Below, in pieces: positions 38,153 through 47,637 of a stretch of DNA of 64,000 nucleotides; position 1 is the first letter of the stretch, and each line of letters begins with the position of its first letter. Made by a program: the position numbers and the translations under genes. This DNA comes from Chloroflexota bacterium (GTDB taxonomy: Bacteria; Chloroflexota; Chloroflexia; Thermomicrobiales; UBA6265): the NCBI GenBank assembly GCA_023389575.1, contig JAEWEG010000054.1, positions 728-64,727 of the forward strand, given 5' to 3'. Below the pieces are notes generated by a model. That model saw nothing but the letters and a program-made list of their open reading frames with translations. It was not told where the DNA came from and ran no database searches.

Positions 38153-38560
38153 ATGGGACGGCATATCGTGGGCAAGGTGGGCGAGCTTCCGGCGGGCGAG
38201 CGAAGGATCGTGGAGGCGGAGGGGCGCTCGATTGGCGTGTTCAACGTGAACGGCGAGTTCTTCGCGCTGCGCAACAGTTGCCCCCACCAGGCGGCTCCAC
38301 TCTGCCTGGGCGCGATCAAGGGCATGACGATGCCGAGCAAGCCGGGTGAATACGTGTGGGCGCGGGAGGGAGAAATCCTGCGCTGCCCGTGGCATGGGTG
38401 GGAGTTCGACCTCACCACGGGGCGGTCGATCTTCAACCCGCATCGGATGCGGGTGAAGGCGTACGACGTGACGGTGGAGCAGCCGGATGACGAGGAAGAC
38501 GAGTCGGTGGAGACCTTCCCGGTGTCGGTGGAAGACGGCCTGATCGTGCTTCACGTCTGA
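38153..38560 (+). CDS. Rieske [2Fe-2S] domain protein
   Basis: CPHQAAPL ... CPWHGWEF gives the C-x-H ... C-x-x-H pattern. The gene starts 4 nt after the amidohydrolase stop. Confidence 0.85.
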   Translation: MGRHIVGKVGELPAGERRIVEAEGRSIGVFNVNGEFFALRNSCPHQAAPLCLGAIKGMTMPSKPGEYVWAREGEILRCPWHGWEFDLTTGRSIFNPHRMRVKAYDVTVEQPDDEEDESVETFPVSVEDGLIVLHV

Positions 38561-38720
38561 TCGCGGGCACGGTCGGCAAGCGAATCGTCGTGGGAGGAGC
38601 GCGCTTCGAGCAGCGTGGCGTCGAAAATCGAGCCTGGCGACCGTATCCTTCAGGTGAGGAGTGGCTTCCATATCGGATGGTACGCCAGGTCCTGGAGGAA
38701 GGGCTCGATTCTTGGTCACG

Positions 38721-39470
38721 ATGAAGGACATCGCGCGGCACGCGGGGGTTTCACCCATCACCGTGTCGCGCGTTGTCAATAATTCGGGGTATGTGAGCAG
38801 GGAAACCCGGGAGCGGGTGGAAGCCGCGATTCGCGAACTCAACTACGTGCCCAACCTGATCGCGAGCAGCCTACGCTCCCGGCAGTCGGACCTCGATCGC
38901 CAGGGGCGCGGAGGACGAGGCCTGGGAGCATGGCTACGGCGTGTTCATCTGTAACACGGACAATGACTTCGCCAAGGAAACGGCCTACATCGACAAGATT
39001 CTCAGCCGCCGGGTGGAGGGCCTGCTGCTCGCGCCGACCCCGGACCCGCGAAGCGAGGATCACCTGTCCCGACTGCGCACGCACGACCTCAAGTTCGTGG
39101 TGATCCACCGGCGACTCCAGCGGGACACGGCCGAAGTGGTGCGGGTCGATGGAGAAAGCGCCGCCAGGGCCCTGACCTCGGATCTGATCAAGGCGGGCAG
39201 GCGGAGGATCGGGTTCCTGGGACTTCCGTTCACGGATTCCACCAGTATGGACCGGCTGGCCGGGTACAAGGCGGCGTTGCGCCGCGCCGGAATACCGTAC
39301 GACCTCAACCTGGTGCGCGAGGGCGATGTCGAGGACGGTAGGGTAGGGGCGGGTCCCGGATGGGGTAACTGGCGACCCGGCGCCTGCTGGCGATGCAGGC
39401 AGGATCGACTGGTCCGTTCCAGGAAGTCATCCTCCAGCCGGAGATCCACCTGCCCGCGGACGCTGGTTGA
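38721..39470 (+). pseudogene. LacI-family regulator, disrupted by an internal deletion/frameshift and loss of the central core
   Basis: The HTH MKDIARHAGVSPITVSRVVNN...SLRSRQSD is followed by a frame change near 38890, so IARGAEDEAWEHGYGVFICNTDND reads in another frame. The core runs to ...NLVREGD. It then joins a C-terminal tail copy (ATRRLLAMQAGSTGPFQEVILQPEIHLP) in a third frame, preceded by TAA. Confidence 0.7.
39356..39455 (+). repeat. Direct repeat copy A (LacI C-terminal tail sequence)
   Basis: It aligns by hand to 41136-41235 with roughly ten mismatches in 100 nt. Confidence 0.85.
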
Positions 39471-39660
39471 GCCCGCAGGCGGACGGCATGGCCACCTCGC
39501 CCAGCCCAGTCCGTGCAATCTACGCTTGCACACAATACCTCGATGGCCGTCGACTCGGCGGACGAGAAGTGAGTGCGGGATGTGCGATGCCAGCGGACAC
39601 TTCGCTCGCCGCGGGACGCGGTCGCATAAAGCGGCTCGAACCAGTTGACGGCCTCGTCGC

Positions 39661-40971
39661 TCACATGCCGGTTTCAAATCGCCAGGCGAGCATGTTCAGG
39701 ATTGCCTGCCACGAGTTGGCTCCGGCATAGGTGTCGTCGCGAGCATTTCCCCCGAACGGCAATCCATTGAAGCTTCGAGCAAAGTTCATCGGTTGGTAGG
39801 GTGGCTGGATCAGGTGCCCGGCCCCTGGATAGGTCAGGAACTCGTCCGGCCAGGCGCGGTAAGCCGTCCGCAACCGGTCCCAGGCAAATTGCGACAGCCC
39901 GGCAGATGGCCAAAGTTCGTCCGCCTCGCCAGCGATCAGCATCACCGGGCCGTTGATCGTTTCGACCGGGATCGTGACCCGCTCGACAGAGGCGGGGTCG
40001 TCAACAGTGGTCGATTCGTCGACGTAGGGGATTGGCTCGCCTTGCCAGGTCCAGCCGGGGAACTGGGGGCGGGAGAAGTCACTCCAGTCGATTCCACTGT
40101 GCACAACCCCGCTGCCGGCCACACTAATGGCGGCCCCGAGTTCCGGATAGTATGCCCCCAGCAGGAGTGCGAGTTCTCCGCCACGCGAGTAGCCAATGAC
40201 ACCGATGCGATCGCGATCTACCTCCGGGCGAGCCTGTAGCCAGGCAATGGCGCTCGCGAAGTACTCCAGGGGGATATTTTCCAGGGCATCTGGCAATCCA
40301 CCGAGCCCAAAGTAGGCGACTCCAAGCGCGGAGTAACCATGCATTGCCAGCAGGCTTGGAACATTTCGTAGCGGGAGACCGCCTTCGGACCCGCCAAGTA
40401 CCATGATGGCAGGTTGGGACTCGCTACCGGCGGGAGCGTAATAATCGGCGATCAGGTCCGGTACATCGATCGATTCTCGCACAAGATCGTCCGGGACACC
40501 GGTGCGGGACGCCATGGCGGTCGCCACAACCGTGTCGTTGTGAATCACCTCGAACTGCACCTCGTGCGGTCCAAGGATGGAATCGACAAATCCTCGCGAC
40601 CGGGCTGACCAGACGAAGCCCATGGCGTCGGGTTCATCGAATGTGCCGTCCACAGGTCGGTGAACAGAGCAATCAACAAATCCCCAGTCGCTCACTACGT
40701 ATGTTGCCCTGGAGGAGCCGAAGGTCGCGCCGTTGACAATGATTGTCGCCTCGATCGTGATCTCGTCATCCGGAGAGAAAAGCCCAACACTGACCCGAAA
40801 CCGCTCGTCGCGCCGGGTGACCGCAGGCTCAACGAGGATTGATGGTGCGGCGAGCGATGGGGTGGCCTGGGGTGTTTGGGCCGACGTAACGCGCAGCGGT
40901 AAGGTGGCAACCATTGCAGTGGCGCCTGCAATCACCTGACGCCGGCTGATCCGGTGTTCGATCGATCGCAT
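39661..40971 (-). CDS. Tat-secreted BAAT/acyl-CoA thioester hydrolase-type alpha/beta hydrolase
   Basis: The signal is SRRQVIAGATAMVATLP. The nucleophile elbow is GYSRGG. GEADELWPS and the overall two-domain layout fit the BAAT family. Confidence 0.7.
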   Translation of the reverse strand: MRSIEHRISRRQVIAGATAMVATLPLRVTSAQTPQATPSLAAPSILVEPAVTRRDERFRVSVGLFSPDDEITIEATIIVNGATFGSSRATYVVSDWGFVDCSVHRPVDGTFDEPDAMGFVWSARSRGFVDSILGPHEVQFEVIHNDTVVATAMASRTGVPDDLVRESIDVPDLIADYYAPAGSESQPAIMVLGGSEGGLPLRNVPSLLAMHGYSALGVAYFGLGGLPDALENIPLEYFASAIAWLQARPEVDRDRIGVIGYSRGGELALLLGAYYPELGAAISVAGSGVVHSGIDWSDFSRPQFPGWTWQGEPIPYVDESTTVDDPASVERVTIPVETINGPVMLIAGEADELWPSAGLSQFAWDRLRTAYRAWPDEFLTYPGAGHLIQPPYQPMNFARSFNGLPFGGNARDDTYAGANSWQAILNMLAWRFETGM

Positions 40972-41029
40972 CGGTGGTCCCTTTCATGTTGGTTGCTGCA
41001 GAATCCATCGGACCCCATCACACCAGGAT

Positions 41030-41250
41030 TTTATCAAGCAATGCCCGTTGCTCTGTCGAGTTCGACCACAATGGTATCGCGAAACCGCCCGGTTACCGTT
41101 GCCGCTTCTTCCGGCATTGCAGCGAACGCGGCGGACCGGATGGGTCAGTTGGCGGCCCGGCGCCTGCTGGCGATGCAGGCAGGATCGACCGGCCCGTTCC
41201 AGGAAGTCATCCTCCAGCCAAAGATCCACCTGCCCAGTTCCGGGCGCTGA
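41030..41250 (+). pseudogene. Fragment of a LacI-family C-terminus
   Basis: ...RPVTVAASS...MGQLAARRLLAMQAGSTGPFQEVILQPKIHLPSSGR* has the LacI C-terminal pattern. An SVEFDHNGIA (GFDD-like) segment lies upstream in another frame. Confidence 0.5.
41136..41235 (+). repeat. Direct repeat copy B
   Basis: See copy A. Confidence 0.85.
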
Positions 41251-41486
41251 TGGGTACGGCGATGACCGGACTCATACATTGCCGGCGCCGGTCGTTCCGG
41301 GCGGCGTCACGGTTGAGGGCCTGGTTCGGGCCGGATTGTGCCCGCGCGCCTGGACCATATCCGCACCCTTGAACCATATGTACTATCCCCGAACTCTGTA
41401 CCGAGCGAACTCTTGCACGCATGATGGATTGGGACCCAACCGAGCCCGTCACATGGCGGGAGTGTGTGCAAGCGCGAGGAGACGGA

Positions 41487-42986
41487 ATGCCGGAAGCATC
41501 CGCGAAGAAGCCGAACATTCTCATACTCTGGGGCGACGACATCGGGTTGTGGAACATCAGCCATATCAACCGTGGCCAGATGGGATACGAGACCCCGAAC
41601 ATCGACCGCATCGCCAGGGAAGGCATCGACTTCACCGACTACTACGGCCAGCAGTCGTGCACGGCCGGGCGGGCCGCGTTCATCACCGGCCAGAACCCGG
41701 TGCGCACCGGCCTGACCAAGATTGGTCTTCCAGGCTCCGATTCGGGGCTTCAGGCGGAGGACCCGACGATCGCGGAACTGTTGAAGCCGCTGGGCTATAC
41801 CTGCGGGCAGTTCGGCAAGAACCACCTTGGCGACAAGGATGAGCACCTGCCGACGGCGCACGGCTTCGACGAGTTCTTCGGGAACCTGTACCACCTCAAT
41901 GCCGAGGAGGAGCCGGAGCATCCGGACTACCCCAGGGATCCGCGGTTCAAGGAGCGGTTCGGCCCGCGTGGCGTGCTCCATACCTGGGCGCAGCCGGACG
42001 GCACGCAGAAGATCGAGGATACGGGGCCACTGACGAAAAAACGGATGGAGACGATCGACGAGGAGATCAACGCCGGGGCCAAGGACTTCATCTCGCGGGC
42101 GGTGGACGACGACAAGCCGTTCTTCCTGTGGTGGAACTCGACCCACATGCACTTCCGCACCCATACGCGGGAGCAGGACCTGGGCCGCTCGGGCCAGGGG
42201 TTCTACAACGACGCGATGCAGTATCACGATGACCTGGTCGGCGAGATGCTCGACCATCTCGACGAGCTTGGGATCGCCGACAACACGATCGTGATGTACT
42301 CGACGGACAACGGCCCGCACTTCAATGCCTGGCCAGACGCGGGGATCACGCCGTACCGGAGTGAGAAGAACACGAACTGGGAGGGGGCGTTCCGCGTGCC
42401 GGCCTTCTTCCGCTGGCAAGGACACTTCCCGGCCGGGAAGACGCTCAACGGCATCGTCAGCCACCAGGACATCCTCCCAACCCTCCTCGCGGCGGCGGGC
42501 GAACCGGAGATCAAGGAAAAGCTGCTCACCGGCCACGAGGCCGACGGGAAGACCTTCAAGGTCCATCTCGATGGCTACAACATGCTCGACTACTTCTCGG
42601 GCAACATCGACGAGAGCCCGCGGCACGAGTTCTTTTACATCAACGACGACGCGCAGTTGATGGCGCTGCGACACGATGACTGGAAATTCGTGTTCCTGGA
42701 GCAGCGGGCGAGCCAGCTTCAAGTGTGGCTGGAGCCGTTTGTCGAATTGCGGGCGCCGAAGCTATTCAATCTTCGCCGGGACCCATTCGAACGGGCCTCG
42801 GTCGATTCCAACACCTACTACGACTGGTACCTGGACCACTCGTTCCTGCTGGTTCCCTCGCAGGCCGTGGTGTTCAACATGATCCAGACGCTGGTGGAGT
42901 TCCCGCCGCGCCAGAAGCCCGCCACGTTCAACCTGGATGGCGTGCTGGAGAAGATGCGGGCGGCCGCCGGTGGCGGGGCGCACTGA
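41487..42986 (+). CDS. Arylsulfatase (formylglycine-dependent sulfatase family)
   Basis: PNILILWGDDIG, the QQSCTAGRAAFITG signature and GKNHLGD are present. The start is set at MPEASAKK, with an alternative at 41421. No obvious signal peptide. Confidence 0.85.
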   Translation: MPEASAKKPNILILWGDDIGLWNISHINRGQMGYETPNIDRIAREGIDFTDYYGQQSCTAGRAAFITGQNPVRTGLTKIGLPGSDSGLQAEDPTIAELLKPLGYTCGQFGKNHLGDKDEHLPTAHGFDEFFGNLYHLNAEEEPEHPDYPRDPRFKERFGPRGVLHTWAQPDGTQKIEDTGPLTKKRMETIDEEINAGAKDFISRAVDDDKPFFLWWNSTHMHFRTHTREQDLGRSGQGFYNDAMQYHDDLVGEMLDHLDELGIADNTIVMYSTDNGPHFNAWPDAGITPYRSEKNTNWEGAFRVPAFFRWQGHFPAGKTLNGIVSHQDILPTLLAAAGEPEIKEKLLTGHEADGKTFKVHLDGYNMLDYFSGNIDESPRHEFFYINDDAQLMALRHDDWKFVFLEQRASQLQVWLEPFVELRAPKLFNLRRDPFERASVDSNTYYDWYLDHSFLLVPSQAVVFNMIQTLVEFPPRQKPATFNLDGVLEKMRAAAGGGAH

Positions 42987-43408
42987 TCGCCAACGCCGTT
43001 GCCAGAACACGAATGACCATGACACGAGCCGGGCGAAAGGTCCGCCCGGCTCGTGTCGTGTTGGGCCAGCGGGAGGCGTTCTATTCGTCCGAGGGAAGGG
43101 ATGCCAGGTCGCGGACCGCCTCGGGACCGATGGGTGGCGGATCGACTCCGCCGGGGAGCACGAGCGAGTCGTCAGCACGCGCGTCGGTCGCGACGTTCAC
43201 CTTCGCGATGTCGCGGTGCGGGCCACCCGCCTCACCTAACCCCAGTCCCTCCGCGCGATTCCTCGCCGCTATTGGAGGGACGCCAGACTTCATCGACTTG
43301 GCGCGGTCCAACGACAAGAACGGGCCTTACAGTTGGACATGAGGCACAAGACGGTATGTTTACCATGGGAGTAGGAACGAGATCGCATTGGCCTCAAAGG
43401 AGGTCGGC

Positions 43409-43720
43409 ATGGCAACGAATAGTGTGCGAGTGGGCGCGGAAACACATGCGAAGTTGCGCGATTGGGCGGAGGAGCAGCAGAAGTCGATTGGTCAGATCGT
43501 GAGCGGCCTGGTGGAGTCACGAGAAGCAGAACGGTTCTGGCGAGAGATGCGCGAGGATTTCGAGCGGTTGCGTTCCGATTCCGTTGGCTGGAATGACTAC
43601 CAGTCCGAAGCCGCCTCCCTAGAGGGTGGGTCCATGGATGGTCTTGAGGACGAAGAGCCGTACTACACCCCGGAAGAGGAGACGAAGATCGTCGAGTTCG
43701 AGAAATCCCAGGGTTGGTGA
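43409..43720 (+). CDS. Antitoxin partner of the MazF-like toxin (family not recognised)
   Basis: AAGGAGG precedes the ATG. The protein is acidic and 103 aa. Its stop lies 1 nt before the toxin start. Confidence 0.6.
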   Translation: MATNSVRVGAETHAKLRDWAEEQQKSIGQIVSGLVESREAERFWREMREDFERLRSDSVGWNDYQSEAASLEGGSMDGLEDEEPYYTPEEETKIVEFEKSQGW

Positions 43721-43721
43721 A

Positions 43722-44060
43722 GTGTGGGATGTGGATTTTTCGCCAGATGTGGGGCTTGAGCAGGGCGGGGTTCGACCCGCCCTCGTTGTGTCCAGCCAAC
43801 GGTTTAACGATATCCCACACAGCTTCCGGATCGTAGTGCCAATCACGGGAACCGATCGAGGCATCCGGCAACATGTCCGATTGAGCCCGCCAGAAGGCGG
43901 GCTTACCAAGCAATCGGTGATCATGTGCGAGCAGGTAAAGTCGCAGAGCATCCTTCGCTTCAAGAGAAAGCGTGGTTCGGTCGATCCAGAGACGGTGGCT
44001 CAGGTCCAGCGATTGGTGAGGCGATTCCTCGACGAATCGCCGCTTCGTGAACTTGCCTGA
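43722..44060 (+). CDS. mazF: PemK/MazF-family endoribonuclease toxin
   Basis: GTG start. (M)WDVDFSPDVGLEQGGVRPALVVSS...VPITG...LTKQSVIMCEQVKS follows the MazF pattern. Confidence 0.8.
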   Translation: MWDVDFSPDVGLEQGGVRPALVVSSQRFNDIPHSFRIVVPITGTDRGIRQHVRLSPPEGGLTKQSVIMCEQVKSQSILRFKRKRGSVDPETVAQVQRLVRRFLDESPLRELA

Positions 44061-44078
44061 TCCCTCGCTGGCGGGGGA

Positions 44079-44402
44079 CTAGTCGTCCCGCGCAAGGTCG
44101 TTTTTCTGGGCTTCGATCTCGGCGTCGCGGGCGGCGTCGCTTTCGCGCTGCTGCTGGATGACGCCCCAGACGATGCCCACCACGAAGAAGCCGAACAGTG
44201 CCGACACCGCCATGTAGGCCGGTCCGCTGGTTTCCTCGTTGGGGCGAAGGGCGAAGTAGTAGAGCAGCACCGAGACGACGATGCTGGACACGATGACGCC
44301 AAGGCAGCCGGTTCCGGAAATCGACGGCTCGATGTCTTCCTCGCCAGCCTCGGCGGGTGTCTCTGGATCGATCCCGGGGCCGGGCGTGTATTGCTCGCTC
44401 AT
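44079..44402 (-). CDS. Small membrane protein, two predicted helices
   Basis: MSEQYTPG...CLGVIVSSIVVSVLLYYFAL...YMAVSALFGFFVVGIVWGVI. The upstream part of the 262-aa ORF is rejected. Confidence 0.5.
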   Translation of the reverse strand: MSEQYTPGPGIDPETPAEAGEEDIEPSISGTGCLGVIVSSIVVSVLLYYFALRPNEETSGPAYMAVSALFGFFVVGIVWGVIQQQRESDAARDAEIEAQKNDLARDD

Positions 44403-44800
44403 ATGGAAGAGGTCACCTGGGGTTCTGATCTTCTGAAGGAACGCGGGACATGCTCGCTGGATTGGCATGACCGCGGAGCCGGAGCGCGCGATATTTCTGC
44501 GCCCGCTCGGGACATGACGGTTCGAGTGTGATTCATCTTCCGGGTCGTGTCGATCCAGCGCGGGCCGGGTTTGGGCAGAGGTGAACGAGGCGGCTCTGGA
44601 ACGGACCCGGTGGAAACCGCGCCGGGGGGATGCGTTCGGCCACTGGAGCGGGGGCGATGGTCGCCAGCAGACGTCCGAAACGTGACAGGCATTGCCGGTG
44701 TGGGACGCATGGACAACGACACGGTGTGAACTCTCCCGTATGGTGACAGGATGAGGCCTTTGTCGTGCTCTCGGTGCCATCACCAATCCGGAGAAAGACC

Positions 44801-46078
44801 ATGCGAACATCCACACCCGCGTCCGTTTGCCTGCCCCACCTATCCCGCCGGACGCTTGTCGCCTCAAGCCTCGCGGGGATCGCCGTGTCCGGCGTGGGGT
44901 TGAACGGGGCGGTGGCCGGGCCTGGCCTGTTCCGCCAGGCGACGCCCGCGCCGGGGGTGTTGCCCGAGATCATCATGGCGATCGCCGAGCGGTACTCGGA
45001 GGAGAGCGACCTGGGCGCGGTGATCGTGCGGGTGACGCGGGGCGGCGAGGAGATCGTGACCTGGGCGATGGGGGAATCGATGCCGGGGGTGCCAGCCACC
45101 ACCGACATGCACTTCCGCAACGGGGCCGTGGCGTTCTCGCTCCTTGCCACGTTGACGCTGGTGCAGGTGGACAAGGGCGTGCTGGCGCTCGACGACACGA
45201 TTGACGCATGGCTGCCCGATCTTCCCGACGCGGAGAGGGTGACGGTGCGAATGCTGCTCAACATGACCTCGGGATACCGCGATCACGTGCAGAGCCCGAA
45301 CCTGTCCCAGGCCCTGTACGAGGATCCGTTCCGGGAGATCGCGTACGAGGAGCTGCTGGGATACAGCTTCGAACAGCCGCGACTGTTCGAACCGGGCACG
45401 AACTGGGAGTACTCGCACACCGGGTACGTGATCCTGGGCAAGGTGGTGGAAGAAGCGACCGGGGAGCAACTGGATGTGCTGATGCAACGGGATGTTCTCC
45501 AGCCGGCGGGGTTGACCGGAACGGCCAACTGGTTCACGGCCGAGATTCCGGAGCCGGTCCTGCACGCCTACTCATCGGAGCGGAGGGATTACCTGGGAGT
45601 GGAGACGGGCGCGCACTTCCTGGAGGAGTCGACGTTCTGGAACCCGTCGTGGACAACCGCGCGAGGCACGATCCAGACGACGACCATCGCCGACATGGCG
45701 GCCAGCATGGAGGTCGTGGGGGCGGGCACGCTGCTCAGCGCGGAGTCGTACGCGGCGCAGTTCGACCGGTCCCTGGTTGGGTTCGGCGAGCCGCTGGATG
45801 GCTGCAACTCCTGCCATACGCTGACCGAGGACATGGTGTACGGGCTGGGTGTGTGGATGATGGGGCCATGGACGGTCCAGAACCCGCTCTTTTATGGATA
45901 CAGCGGTACGGCGGGGTACAACGCCAATGCGGGCGTGGCGATCGCGGTGGCGGTGACGTACCGGGAAGGCAGTTTCGACGACACGGGCGACTATGCCCAT
46001 GGCAACGTCTCGACGCCGATTTTCAAGGAGATCGCGGCCTTGTTCGAGGGCGATGGGGCGACGCCGGTCGCGGGCTGA
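44801..46078 (+). CDS. Tat-secreted beta-lactamase-fold protein lacking the catalytic Ser/Lys (predicted non-catalytic paralogue)
   Basis: GGAGAAAG precedes the ATG. The signal is SRRTLVASSLAGIAVSG. FRNGAVAFSLLAT sits where the family has FRIGSvTKtfTA. YSH replaces YSN. GYSGTAG replaces HTG/KTG. Confidence 0.7.
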   Translation: MRTSTPASVCLPHLSRRTLVASSLAGIAVSGVGLNGAVAGPGLFRQATPAPGVLPEIIMAIAERYSEESDLGAVIVRVTRGGEEIVTWAMGESMPGVPATTDMHFRNGAVAFSLLATLTLVQVDKGVLALDDTIDAWLPDLPDAERVTVRMLLNMTSGYRDHVQSPNLSQALYEDPFREIAYEELLGYSFEQPRLFEPGTNWEYSHTGYVILGKVVEEATGEQLDVLMQRDVLQPAGLTGTANWFTAEIPEPVLHAYSSERRDYLGVETGAHFLEESTFWNPSWTTARGTIQTTTIADMAASMEVVGAGTLLSAESYAAQFDRSLVGFGEPLDGCNSCHTLTEDMVYGLGVWMMGPWTVQNPLFYGYSGTAGYNANAGVAIAVAVTYREGSFDDTGDYAHGNVSTPIFKEIAALFEGDGATPVAG

Positions 46079-46093
46079 CCGGCGTCGTGCCGC

Positions 46094-47548
46094 TCAGCCG
46101 TGGCGAGGCTGGTCGAGTGGGGTGAGCGTGGCGTTGGTGAGGGTGGCGGAGCCGGATTCGGCCCAGATGCCGACCTGGCCGGTGACGCGCTCGCCGCTGA
46201 GGGTGGCGAGGACCACTTCGCCATCGAACGCGACCTCGATGTAGGGTCCGTTCGAGATCAGCGAGATGTCGAGCGGAGTTCCGGGCTCGAAGGGCTGGCG
46301 GAGACGGCCTTGCTGGAGTTCCTTCCAGGCGAACCATGGGCGATTGCGCTGGCTGGCGCCGAGCCATTTCTGGAGCGAGACGCGGCTGGACCCTTCCTCC
46401 AGTTCGATGAAGTAGCCGCCACCGGTGTCTCCTTCGAGGCGAAAGGCAAGGCCGCCGACCGGGGCGTCCAGCAGGAACGTGCCGGTGAAGTGGAAGTCCT
46501 CGTGCTCGCCGGAGGTGGCGAGCAGGTCGAGTTCGCCGGTGTCGGTTTGCAGGCTCCAACCGGACGCGGCGGTGGCACGGTAGAGGGTGGATTCGCTGGC
46601 GGCCAGGCCGGTGGCGTCACCCGCCGAGAGGGCTTGCCAGCCATCGAAGGTGCCGCAGGCCAGGGAGCCGTCGGCCCGTGGCGTGAGGGTCAGCGGGGCG
46701 ACGACGTACTTGCCGTGGGGATTGCTGGCGGAGTTCCAGTCGGCCTGGCCGCCGGGCGGCAGGTGCCAGCACATGTAGATGTCCTGGCCCCTCCAGTTGG
46801 CGACGCGACCGGCGTAATGACCCTTGGGCGCGAGGATGCCGCCATCGGGTGGCTGAACCCACGGTCCCGTGGGAGAGTCGCCCATCCAGTACCGCTGGGT
46901 GCGCTCCTCCATGATGCCGGCGGTGAGATACCAGCGGCCGTCGATGGTGAAGACCTGCGGGCATTCGAGGTCCCAGAACCGGCCAGGGGAGAAGAGGGGC
47001 GGATGGACTTCCCAGGTTCTGAAATCCGTTGAGGTGAAATGGCCGACGCAGCCGCGCCGGAGCATGGGGCCGTGGTTTTCGCGGGCGTTGACGGCGGCGT
47101 GCCAGGTGCCATCAACGAGGACGGGCTTGGGATCGCGCCAGGAGACCATGTTGGTGCTAGCGGGGTCGTGCTCGTACCAGCGGGGGTCGGCCTGGGCGAC
47201 CGGATTGTGGTCGTCCTTGGTCCAGGTGATGAGGTCGGGCGAGGTGGCGTGGCCGGTTCGCTGGACCATGCCATTTTCGGCGCGGCTGAGCGCGGTGTAG
47301 AGCATGTGGAAGGTGCCCTCGTGCTCGGAGACGCTCATCGTCCAGATCTGGTCGTCGTCGCAGGCGGGACCGTCGCTGGTGCGGAGGGCGTCGGGGAGGG
47401 TGCGCCAGGTCAGGCCATCGGTGCTGACGACGTGCTGGACGGTGTCGTGGTTGGGAAGGGTGAGGTGGAAGAGGTGGAGTTCGTCACCGTGGGGGAAGAT
47501 TTCGATATCGCCGACTTCCGAGAGGCCGAATCCACGAGGGGTGTACAC
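46094..47548 (-). CDS. GH32-family-like glycoside hydrolase (beta-fructosidase fold) with C-terminal beta-sandwich
   Basis: GTG start after AGGAG. WRDPKP (RDP motif), DLECPQVF (EC motif) and HLFHLTLP...STDGLTWR are present. The classical WMNDPNG motif is not conserved. Confidence 0.65.
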   Translation of the reverse strand: MYTPRGFGLSEVGDIEIFPHGDELHLFHLTLPNHDTVQHVVSTDGLTWRTLPDALRTSDGPACDDDQIWTMSVSEHEGTFHMLYTALSRAENGMVQRTGHATSPDLITWTKDDHNPVAQADPRWYEHDPASTNMVSWRDPKPVLVDGTWHAAVNARENHGPMLRRGCVGHFTSTDFRTWEVHPPLFSPGRFWDLECPQVFTIDGRWYLTAGIMEERTQRYWMGDSPTGPWVQPPDGGILAPKGHYAGRVANWRGQDIYMCWHLPPGGQADWNSASNPHGKYVVAPLTLTPRADGSLACGTFDGWQALSAGDATGLAASESTLYRATAASGWSLQTDTGELDLLATSGEHEDFHFTGTFLLDAPVGGLAFRLEGDTGGGYFIELEEGSSRVSLQKWLGASQRNRPWFAWKELQQGRLRQPFEPGTPLDISLISNGPYIEVAFDGEVVLATLSGERVTGQVGIWAESGSATLTNATLTPLDQPRHG

Positions 47549-47637
47549 GGGTGCGCGCTCCTGCTGGCGGGTGAGGGCAAAGGGTTGTGTGGGACAGGAT
47601 ACGGCCAGCGGGTGGTTTTCGGGACAGATGAGGGAAA

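Noticed and set aside
43081-43317. 78-aa minus-strand ORF downstream of the sulfatase gene, with fairly GC-rich third positions.
   Set aside because: It has no recognisable motif, no clear RBS, and overlapping ORFs of similar length in other frames. I could not distinguish it from noise without a database search.
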